Source of the DNA: Methanoregula sp.
Lineage (GTDB): Archaea > Halobacteriota > Methanomicrobia > Methanomicrobiales > Methanospirillaceae
Assembly (NCBI GenBank): GCA_026394595.1
Contig: JAPKXX010000045.1
Location: 4,024 to 68,023, forward strand
Reading direction: 5' to 3'
DNA length: 64,000 nucleotides
Part shown: piece after piece, positions 55,272 to 62,775 of the stretch
How the letters are laid out: each line of letters opens with the position of its first letter
Numbering within the stretch: position 1 is the first letter of the stretch
The notes under the pieces: generated by a model
What the model was told of the DNA's origin: nothing
Database searches by the model: none
Seen by the model: the letters and a program-made list of their open reading frames with translations, nothing else
Made by a program: the position numbers and the translations under genes

Positions 55272-55289
55272 GACAACAGTACTTCCGAA
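55259..55289. repeat. Perfect 13-5-13 palindrome formed by two element tips head-to-head
   Basis: TTCGGAAGTACTG-GACAA-CAGTACTTCCGAA. Confidence 0.9.
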
Positions 55290-55330
55290 TATCTCGTCAG
55301 ACGACGGGATTGCATTTTTTACGGATCTTG
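55277..55330 (+). repeat. Outer terminal inverted repeat, left
   Basis: CAGTACTTCCGAATATCTCGTCAGACGACG-8 nt-TTTTTTACGGATCTTG. Its partner is at 63758-63811. Patchy similarity continues inward, including ATGGCGGGACTTT at 55365-55377. Confidence 0.85.
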
Positions 55331-55528
55331 AGCGTGGAAAATTGTTCCGATACGGTTCTGTTGCATGGCGGGACTTTGAAGCCCTAAACAAAAAGGATTG
55401 TGATACTTTTGCGGTTCTTTGATTCAAAATGGAAAACTGATGTGTGGCAATTGGTGGCTGGTGGAACTAAGAAAATATATATCCTCATAAAAAATATTGC
55501 TGTAAAAAGAGCAAGTAGTTGTAACAAT

Positions 55529-56023
55529 ATGGCTGAGCTGGTGGAACTCAGTTCATTTATCAATTTCTTACATAAAGAAATTGAATTTAATTTCAATTTG
55601 AATAGTTTTGACTGTAGATTTCGATTGCAAAAATTTGTTTTTTTAGCCAAATTTTTCGGATGGCATAATGATTATTCTTATGGTATTTATTTGAGGGGGC
55701 CATATTCGCAAGACTTGGCTGCTCATTATTATTCTTTCAAAAAAATTGACATTAGATCCGTCCCCACAATCGAATTGACTACATTCGATAAAAAGGCTTT
55801 TCTTAATCTAATTAGGAATAAAGAGGATTTATGGCTTGAAGCAGCTGCAACAATCATATCAATGATGGATAGTTATAAGGTCCATTATAAGGGAGATGAT
55901 TTAAAAACCAAAGTCTTGGAGCGAGTGATTGATTTAAAAGACGAGATTCCAAGATCTGTTATAAATACGGTATACCAAGATTTATCAAGTGCGGGAATTT
56001 TTTCAAATATTGTAAAAGCATGA
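55529..56023 (+). CDS. Panacea/DUF4065-like (SocA/GepA-type) putative antitoxin
   Basis: The start is taken at the ATG at 55529. The sequence FRLQKFVFLAKFFGWHNDYSYGIYLRGPYSQDLAAHYY resembles the KLQKLLY...GP(Y/V)S core of DUF4065. It overlaps the next gene by 4 nt (ATGA). Confidence 0.5.
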   Translation: MAELVELSSFINFLHKEIEFNFNLNSFDCRFRLQKFVFLAKFFGWHNDYSYGIYLRGPYSQDLAAHYYSFKKIDIRSVPTIELTTFDKKAFLNLIRNKEDLWLEAAATIISMMDSYKVHYKGDDLKTKVLERVIDLKDEIPRSVINTVYQDLSSAGIFSNIVKA

Positions 56024-56526
56024 GAGATCCACCTCGGCATGTTCATATTGACACTCAATATCTATATGCATATGTAGTCTCCCGTGGTCATGATGAAGAA
56101 TCTGAAAGGAAAAAACAGATACAAGAGTTGATCCATAATAAAAACCCAAATGTGAAGGCAATAATCTCATTTACAGCCGTTGGAGAAACCTTTAACGAAA
56201 TAAATGAAAAAATTACGCATCCAAGAGAGCGAAGACGGGCGATAAACGAATTTATTGATTTATTATCTGAAAAAAGAGTTGATTTGAAACCGGCTAATGA
56301 ATCGACATTTAAAATAGCTCATAAGATAAAAAAAGAAGACCCACGATTAGACGATACTGATATTTTGATAGTTTCACAAGCAATATGTGATAAACTGGCA
56401 TATTTGGTGTTGTTTCAAGATAGTAAAATCATAGAATCAGAGGTAATAAAAGATTATTGCGTAAATAGAACAAATAAGGATGGTTATGAGTGTGTTTTAA
56501 AAATTAAAGAAAATTATTCTCGATAA
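56020..56526 (+). CDS. PIN-like nuclease-domain protein (putative toxin)
   Basis: The acidic residues are spaced as in PIN domains: HIDTQYL, AVGETF, LDDTDILIVSQAI, LFQDSKI. Confidence 0.5.
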   Translation: MRDPPRHVHIDTQYLYAYVVSRGHDEESERKKQIQELIHNKNPNVKAIISFTAVGETFNEINEKITHPRERRRAINEFIDLLSEKRVDLKPANESTFKIAHKIKKEDPRLDDTDILIVSQAICDKLAYLVLFQDSKIIESEVIKDYCVNRTNKDGYECVLKIKENYSR

Positions 56527-56585
56527 TTATTTTATAGCCGCCAATCCGATCATCGTTTCCCATCAGATTGATCGGGATGTTTGCC
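56527..56585 (+). repeat. Inner 59-nt inverted repeat, left copy
   Basis: It matches the reverse complement of 61154-61212 at 54 of 59 positions, with a 39-nt perfect core at 56540-56578. It contains an internal hairpin CCGATCA...TGATCGG. Confidence 0.9.
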
Positions 56586-56608
56586 GAAATGCGCGCATGA
56601 GGATTCGG

Positions 56609-57826
56609 TTACAAATTGAGAGTTGTTTGTATAGCCCTCCGTTTTTTAGGAACTCTATTATGAGGTGGAGGGCCCGTTCCTATTATTTCAAACACATGGA
56701 ATAGCGCCTTTCCAAACAACAGAGCCGTGATGAAAGGTACTTTCTTAACAACCTGCTCTGATTTGGACAGAATGATATTGACCAATTCCCATAAGTTGTA
56801 AAGACAGACGCTGAAAAAGAAATAAAATAGTCGTATAATGTAATTTTTCGACGTTGTTTTTGGTCTGAACCCATTTATAACCCTATAAGACGTCTCTATC
56901 CCCCATCTCTTTTTGTATAATTGTGGAATACGATGAGCTGAGAGACGAGATACATTTAAATTCGTAATAAAAGCTATCTTTTTACCGTCTTTATCATACG
57001 TGATAACAACGTTGGTGAGGATATTTTTTTCTGTGGTTCCTATACGATAATTATTAATGATTTTTGGTGCTTCGTGTTGCCGAAGTAATTTTTTAATTCT
57101 TGGATTGAGAGTGGCAGGCATTATGTAATGAATATCCATATTATTTAACATCGAAATGACATCAATTGAGAAAAAACCTCGGTCAAGATATACATTGTTG
57201 ATGTTGATCCTGGCTTTCGCATAACTCACTAATTCGTGTACGATTTCTTTTCTTGATATGACTCCATCAACAGGAACCGTTTTGATAGTTAATCTGCAAT
57301 CTTCATCTACTATAGTCAAAGTGGCAAATCTGTATGCTTTAGATGTCCCTCGCTGTGGTTTGGTTCCGACAACCATCGGATCATTTCGATCTCCATAGTA
57401 AAGTTGGTCGGTTGCATCGACTGCAATATCAACTTTACCTCTTAAGAATCCATTCTTCTTTGCTATTGTGATGATTTCATCAATAGCTGATTCGAATCCT
57501 GATATGAGCTCTTGGGGTTCAAATTTTTTCAAATGATACAGGAGTGTGTCAGCATTTGGACAGCCGTTACGCGAATCAATGATTAGGCTCTGTGAACTCC
57601 CCTCCGCGAAATAATTATGAATTCCTGTATACGTTAGCAATTTCAAATAATCATTTTGGGTATATTTGCGCGTATAGGGAATTTTGAGTTTAATATTTGG
57701 CAGCAGAACCTTTTTCGTAAGTTGCCATATTTTTCCTGTCCAACGGCTCCGCTTATTGCTAATAGATTTATTACTTTTAACGCCTTGATCCTTTACTGCG
57801 GAGTTGGTTGCTTTCACAGGTACCAC
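56609..57826 (-). CDS. DDE transposase (IS4/IS5-superfamily type, possibly ISH3-like)
   Basis: 405 aa with AVDATD, YLDRGF and YKKRWGIETSYRVINGFRPK (the Y-R-E-K-type signature). The start is GTG. A paralogous truncated copy is at 53090-53887. Confidence 0.85.
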   Translation of the reverse strand: MVPVKATNSAVKDQGVKSNKSISNKRSRWTGKIWQLTKKVLLPNIKLKIPYTRKYTQNDYLKLLTYTGIHNYFAEGSSQSLIIDSRNGCPNADTLLYHLKKFEPQELISGFESAIDEIITIAKKNGFLRGKVDIAVDATDQLYYGDRNDPMVVGTKPQRGTSKAYRFATLTIVDEDCRLTIKTVPVDGVISRKEIVHELVSYAKARININNVYLDRGFFSIDVISMLNNMDIHYIMPATLNPRIKKLLRQHEAPKIINNYRIGTTEKNILTNVVITYDKDGKKIAFITNLNVSRLSAHRIPQLYKKRWGIETSYRVINGFRPKTTSKNYIIRLFYFFFSVCLYNLWELVNIILSKSEQVVKKVPFITALLFGKALFHVFEIIGTGPPPHNRVPKKRRAIQTTLNL

Positions 57827-58010
57827 TCTTGCACAGGAGGGCGACTTTCGACGGCTGTCCTCCTGTTTTACTTCTATTTGAGTTATAAGTATTTAGACGG
57901 TGTTATACACTTATCACCTTATACACATACACACATAAAGTATTTATTTATTGTGGTTAAGGGGAAAACCATATAAAGCGAGGAGAGCATTATAATATTT
58001 GAGGACAAGT

Positions 58011-58223
58011 ATGGGTAGAATCGATGTTATCCTTCCAGATGACCTTGAAGAAGAGTTCAGAATGGAGGTCGCCAAAGAACTGGGAATGAGAAGAGGTAAC
58101 CTGACCATAGCGTTACACGAAGCGATCAAATTATGGATAGAAACACATCAACAGAGAAGAAGCGAGATCGCAAAAAAAGCATGGGCAACAAGAAAGGAGA
58201 AAAGGGGGGAAGACAATCTTTAA
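58011..58223 (+). CDS. Ribbon-helix-helix (CopG/Arc-like) DNA-binding protein
   Basis: The ATG is at 58011. The product starts MGRIDVILPDDLEEEFRMEVAKELGMRRGNLTIALHEAIKLW, which fits a beta-strand - helix - helix layout. Confidence 0.6.
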   Translation: MGRIDVILPDDLEEEFRMEVAKELGMRRGNLTIALHEAIKLWIETHQQRRSEIAKKAWATRKEKRGEDNL

Positions 58224-58326
58224 AGAATAATTAATATTAATCACAAAAGTTTTTATTTTCACCCTGCGAGCGACAGATCAATATACAATCAACTTCATAT
58301 ACTTTTTTAAATTGGAGAGATGCTAA

Positions 58327-59097
58327 ATGCAAAGTTGCCAGGTATTTTTGAAAGAAAACCGGCCTAAAATATCAATAATATACGAACCGCGAGGAAAAGC
58401 AAGAGAATATTGTGAATTAGCAGCAAATCTCTACCGGGGATGCAGCCATCGCTGCACTTATTGTTACGCTCCTGCAACCCTATATATGTCAAGAGAAGAA
58501 TTTTGCAGACCGAGTGTTAGAATAGATGTCATAAATAAATTTGAAAAGGATGCTACTATATTAGAGAGAATTGGTGAAAAGCGTCCGATTTTATTATCCT
58601 TCACTACTGATCCCTATCAACCGCTTGATATCAAGGAACAACTCACAAGAAAAGCGATTCAAATATTACATAGACATGGATTAAAGGTTTCAATTCTAAC
58701 GAAAGGCGGCAGACGTTCAGAAAGAGATTTTGATCTGCTATCGAAACATCCAGAATTGAGTGAATACGGGGCCACTTTGGTTTTTACTGATGAAAAGTAT
58801 AGAAAAGAGATTGAGAGCGGGGCAGCACCAACAAAAGAGAGGATAGATTCAATTAAGAAAGCGCATGATATGGGGATTTTTACTGATGTATCGCTTGAAC
58901 CTGTATGGATACCTGAACAAAGCCTTGAATTAATCGATTTAACAAAAGATTTTGTTGATTTTTATAAAGTTGGGAAATTAAATTATGATATTCAGGAGAA
59001 AACAATCAATTGGAAGGAATTTAAGAATGATGTTATTAAAAAACTAAAAGATTATGGAAAGAAATATTATATCAAAAAAGATCTACAAAACTATTGA
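58327..59097 (+). CDS. Radical SAM protein, SplB/COG1533 (DNA-photolyase-like) type
   Basis: It has CSHRCTYCY (CxxxCxxC) at residues ~39-47, then SFTTDPYQPLDIKEQLTRKAIQIL and ILTKG, as in the SplB-like rSAM group. GGAGAG lies upstream. Confidence 0.8.
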   Translation: MQSCQVFLKENRPKISIIYEPRGKAREYCELAANLYRGCSHRCTYCYAPATLYMSREEFCRPSVRIDVINKFEKDATILERIGEKRPILLSFTTDPYQPLDIKEQLTRKAIQILHRHGLKVSILTKGGRRSERDFDLLSKHPELSEYGATLVFTDEKYRKEIESGAAPTKERIDSIKKAHDMGIFTDVSLEPVWIPEQSLELIDLTKDFVDFYKVGKLNYDIQEKTINWKEFKNDVIKKLKDYGKKYYIKKDLQNY

Positions 59098-59117
59098 AAA
59101 ACTTGTAAGATACATTT

Positions 59118-60214
59118 ATGCCACTTCCGACTATTTGGTCTATTGAACCCCATACAGAAGCTAAACACAGAATTCTGGAAGAATATTTAAAAGCATGGTT
59201 CCCTATCCTATCGAGATTTCATAAACGAATCTTATATATTGACGGTTTTGCCGGTCCAGGGGTATACGAAGAAGGTGAAATTGGTTCACCGATAATTGCT
59301 CTTCAATGTTTGTTAGAACATAAGCATAAGTTATACCAAAGATCCGTAGAATTTAATTTTTTTTTATTGAGAAGGACAGGGAAAGAGCTGAGATACTTGA
59401 TCGAACTATAAAAGAAAGATTTCCTGATTTGCCAAAAAATGTTCAATATGGTGTTTATCCTGCCGATTTTGAAGCAGCTATGAGTGATATATTAGATAAC
59501 CTCGATAAAGAAAAAAAGCGTCTTGCTCCCACATTTGCATTTATCGATCCATTTGGGTATAGCGGATTGCCATTTTATTTAATACGGAAAATTCTCTCAT
59601 TCCCTCATTGCGAAGTTTTCATAAATTTTGCTTATAGTTCAATCAATCGATTTATAGATACTGAAGATAGTAGAACAGAAATTTTTGACAGTTTATTTGA
59701 AACATCCAAATGGCGTAAGATTAGGGAGATAAATGATCCGACAGAGCGAAACCGACAATTAGTTTCACTTTATACTGTTCAGTTGAAAACTGCTTCGAGA
59801 TATGTCAGATCGTTTGAAATGGAAGATAATGTCGGTAGAATCTCATACTATCTTTTCTTTGCTACAAATCACGTCAAGGGATTCGTAGAGATGAAAAGCG
59901 CGATGTGGCGGGTAGATTCAAGAGGTTCATTCCGTTTTGCTGATACAACAGATACCGATCAAAGATTTTTGTTAGACTTTGATAAAACCTCCTGATACCA
60001 AAATCAAGCCGAATTTCTTTATCAGCATTTTGCCGGAGATACCGTAACAGGAAAAACCGTGATGGATTTTTGTGAAGAAGATACAGGATTCCCGACCCGT
60101 TGGTCTAAAAGTTTAAAAATTTTAGAGACTTCCCAACAAATAACTGTGACAAATAGAGAGAGAAGAGGGATTTATCCCCCCGGATGTGAGATCACATTTA
60201 AAAGGCTTAATTAA
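59118..60214 (+). pseudogene. tcmP: TcmP-like (three-Cys-motif partner protein family) gene, disrupted by a poly-T frameshift and an in-frame TGA
   Basis: The N-terminal reads WSIEPHTEAKHRILEEYLKAW...LYIDGFAGPGVY. The frame shifts in the T9 run at 59357-59365. It continues FFFIEKDRERAEILDRTIKERFPDLPKNV...FAFIDPFGY to the TGA at 59993-59995. The same frame then stays open (YQNQAEFLYQHFAG...CEITFKRLN) to the TAA at 60212-60214. Confidence 0.6.
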
Positions 60215-60624
60215 AAGAGAATAATCGACATTCTTACAGATATCCCTTGTATTACGGAGATGATTGATTATAGGAATTGTAAAAAGAGGTCTTAAAAATG
60301 AAATGCGAATACTGTGACAAAGAAATGGATGCCAATGACCCAAATTATGCTAAAAGTAACATTCACTACGATTGTGCAACCAAGCTTTTTTTTAAAATTC
60401 TATATCAGAAAGTTACGTAACTTTCTATAGTAAGATGAATATACAGGGGGCATAGAATTCTGCTATAGAAATCTCAAAACTTACCTTCTGCACACATTTA
60501 ACCTATTAAAAATATCAGAAGCGCATTACCAACCACGTGCTAGCGTAATTAACCGTAGACGAATCAGAAACCGAATTAGAATAATAATAAATATTGCATT
60601 ATCTTAGTTCTTCTCGATGTAGTT

Positions 60625-61065
60625 ATGCCAAAGGTCCAAAGTAATTTAGTTGAGAAATGTCTGCGGGATTTGTTGAGAGAGAGAGATTATAAAATGAATG
60701 AGATCCGCGGTAATGGAGAGACGGGAGTGGATATTGAGGCGAGAAAGGGTGATAATGTCTTTCATATTGAGGTGATTAGTTATAAGAAGAAAGGTCCGGC
60801 GAGATCTAAAGATTTTTTCCAGGTTTTTTTCAGAGCCATTTCACGATTAAATGATGGTGCTACCCATTGTGTCATTGCATTACCACTCGAATTTGAAACA
60901 GGATTGCCAAAAAGAGTCAAACAATATAAAATTGCTTGGGAAAGAATTGGTAATGTTTTTCCAGAATTGGAAATATGGTTAGTTGATCCTGAAAGTAAAA
61001 AGTGTAAACGTACCAAATGGATAGAGTGGCTTGATACCCTAGTCCAAGGTCTGGTAGTATCATAG
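60625..61065 (+). CDS. Small PD-(D/E)XK nuclease-fold-like protein (putative)
   Basis: 146 aa. The sequence GETGVDIEARKGDNVFHIEVISYKKKG fits a D...E-x-K-type core as in Hjc/Mrr-like nucleases. It is convergent with the methyltransferase. Confidence 0.4.
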   Translation: MPKVQSNLVEKCLRDLLRERDYKMNEIRGNGETGVDIEARKGDNVFHIEVISYKKKGPARSKDFFQVFFRAISRLNDGATHCVIALPLEFETGLPKRVKQYKIAWERIGNVFPELEIWLVDPESKKCKRTKWIEWLDTLVQGLVVS

Positions 61066-61153
61066 GTCTGACGGTTGCAGCGGCGGGTTTGTTTACTGCG
61101 GGTGGATGTGCCCGGTGTGCGGGATGATGCAAAAGGATTAATCCCGCACAGAT

Positions 61154-61212
61154 GGCAATTATCCCGATCAATCTGATGGGAAACGATGATCGGATTGGCA
61201 TCAATAAAATAA
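61154..61212 (-). repeat. Inner 59-nt inverted repeat, right copy
   Basis: It is the reverse complement of 56527-56585 (54 of 59). It lies 3 nt beyond the methyltransferase stop codon. An adjacent GC hairpin GCGGGAT/ATCCCGC is at 61119-61147. Confidence 0.9.
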
Positions 61213-61215
61213 ATT

Positions 61216-62769
61216 TTAAATTTGTAATTCCGCTTGTTTCTCTAATTTCATTTGTTCTAATAATAGAGATAATTTATTAAAATCAGATATTTTTGGTTTC
61301 TTCCGACCATGCATCTGAGTAAAAAACTTATCGAGATCCTTATAGTATATGAACTTCCATCCATATTGATGAATTTCATCACTAAACTTACGCTCTCGAA
61401 GTTTACGATTTAAGAGTGGTTTTCGTTCTTCTGGTATGATAATAATACGATTCAGACCATCAACATTGAGATTAGATCCGCGATCTATTGCCTCACTAAT
61501 ACCTGTTGTATTTTCAACTTCAAACTCATATTTTGGTTGACCATTTTTGAGCCAGATTGCATCAATTTCCTTAACTCGATCTGGATTATCACAATCAAAA
61601 GGTAATGATTTTACACGTCTCCCTGTTATATCAGCAATTACATCAAATCCAAATTTTTCTCCTATTTGAGCAATATAATCAACCATTATATCGTGTTGAC
61701 TGATCCTGATAGATACTGATTGTTTAAGTTTCCACTTTTTATCATCTGTTTTTTCAGCGTAATCGTTTAAAACTTCTTGAATTGTTGTTGTTTCTGGGGT
61801 TAAAGCATTGGGAAAATGAATGTAAACCTCTTGGAGGATTTCATCAAAACCTAGCTGGATCTCACGATTAAGTGCATTAATAACAACTTTTTCAACACGT
61901 TCTTTTAACGGGACTCTATCAATATACGGTACAATTGCTGGATCAGCAAACCACAATTTTTCGTCAACAATTACAAACTCTTTTCCAATATGTTTATTCA
62001 AAACGTCATCTATCGATTGTGATGCCGAAAAGAGAAAACCCTCTTGCTTAAGCCGGTCGTAAATATCTGAGTAACTATTGACAATTAACGAGTATTCTGT
62101 TGGTTGCCCCCTCTCAGCAATTATCCTTTTTATAGTCTCTACAACAACTCGTTCAAATGTAACTATGTCGGGTTGTTTTATTTTAGATGTGTCACGGGGT
62201 TGTGAGGGTTTTTTAAATCTTATATAATAATCACCAAAAGCACTACCATAAGGTGCGAGTTGTGATTTTGGGGACTTGCGAGCTGGGGGTTGATAAATAA
62301 TTTTTTCCAAATCAAAACCAGCTAAAATGCATGCTCGAATTATATCATTATATATTTCCATTTTCGCGTTGTTGAAAGTAATCGTTAGGTATTTTGAAGG
62401 TTTCAATACCCGATAGATTTCACGAAATGCTTTTGCTAGGAGTGTATAATATGTTTTATTATTCTTATCCTTCCGAACTGGACTATCACTAATACATATC
62501 TCTTCATCAAAGTCTGGTTTAAAACCCAACCAAGATGCCCACATATAATTAAGTTCAAGATATGGAACATTATCACCATAGGGAGGATCAGTAAATACGT
62601 AATCTATACTATTCTCTTTTAATTCTGGTATTGAATTTAAGTCGGTAGCAGAATGTGTATAGATTTTAAAATTATTATCTGAATATTTTGAAGAAAGAAG
62701 TTTATTTGATTCTTCTTTCCCTTTTACCAATTTCTCAAATTTATTTCTAAAAAAACGCCAAACATTCAT
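61216..62769 (-). CDS. DNA methyltransferase, C-terminal ORF (motif IV DPPY plus large C-terminal region)
   Basis: It contains IDYVFTDPPYGDNVPY. The C-terminal ~130 aa (EIDAIWLKNGQPKYEFEVENTT) look nuclease-fold-like. It is in the same frame as 62776-63573, separated only by TGA-TAT-GAA. Confidence 0.75.
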   Translation of the reverse strand: MNVWRFFRNKFEKLVKGKEESNKLLSSKYSDNNFKIYTHSATDLNSIPELKENSIDYVFTDPPYGDNVPYLELNYMWASWLGFKPDFDEEICISDSPVRKDKNNKTYYTLLAKAFREIYRVLKPSKYLTITFNNAKMEIYNDIIRACILAGFDLEKIIYQPPARKSPKSQLAPYGSAFGDYYIRFKKPSQPRDTSKIKQPDIVTFERVVVETIKRIIAERGQPTEYSLIVNSYSDIYDRLKQEGFLFSASQSIDDVLNKHIGKEFVIVDEKLWFADPAIVPYIDRVPLKERVEKVVINALNREIQLGFDEILQEVYIHFPNALTPETTTIQEVLNDYAEKTDDKKWKLKQSVSIRISQHDIMVDYIAQIGEKFGFDVIADITGRRVKSLPFDCDNPDRVKEIDAIWLKNGQPKYEFEVENTTGISEAIDRGSNLNVDGLNRIIIIPEERKPLLNRKLRERKFSDEIHQYGWKFIYYKDLDKFFTQMHGRKKPKISDFNKLSLLLEQMKLEKQAELQI

Positions 62770-62775
62770 TTCATA

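Larger units (their letters stand above)
56527..61212. mobile_element. Candidate cargo-carrying transposon (DDE transposase plus RHH/rSAM/TcmP/nuclease passengers) bounded by 59-nt IRs
   Basis: The IR pair is at 56527-56585 and 61154-61212. The transposase abuts the left IR. A degenerate copy of the same IR follows the truncated transposase at ~53889-53919. I found no target-site duplication. Confidence 0.45.

Noticed and set aside
60917-61204. 95-aa minus-strand ORF starting inside the right inner IR, and 60122-60343 on the minus strand
   Set aside because: Both are antisense to better-supported frames (the nuclease-fold gene and the TcmP tail). The first owes its start to the repeat sequence.
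56522-61217. Target-site duplication for the inner 4.7-kb element
   Set aside because: The flanks (…CGATAA | and | ATTTTAAA…) share no direct repeat at any boundary choice I tried. The AT-rich context makes short matches meaningless.
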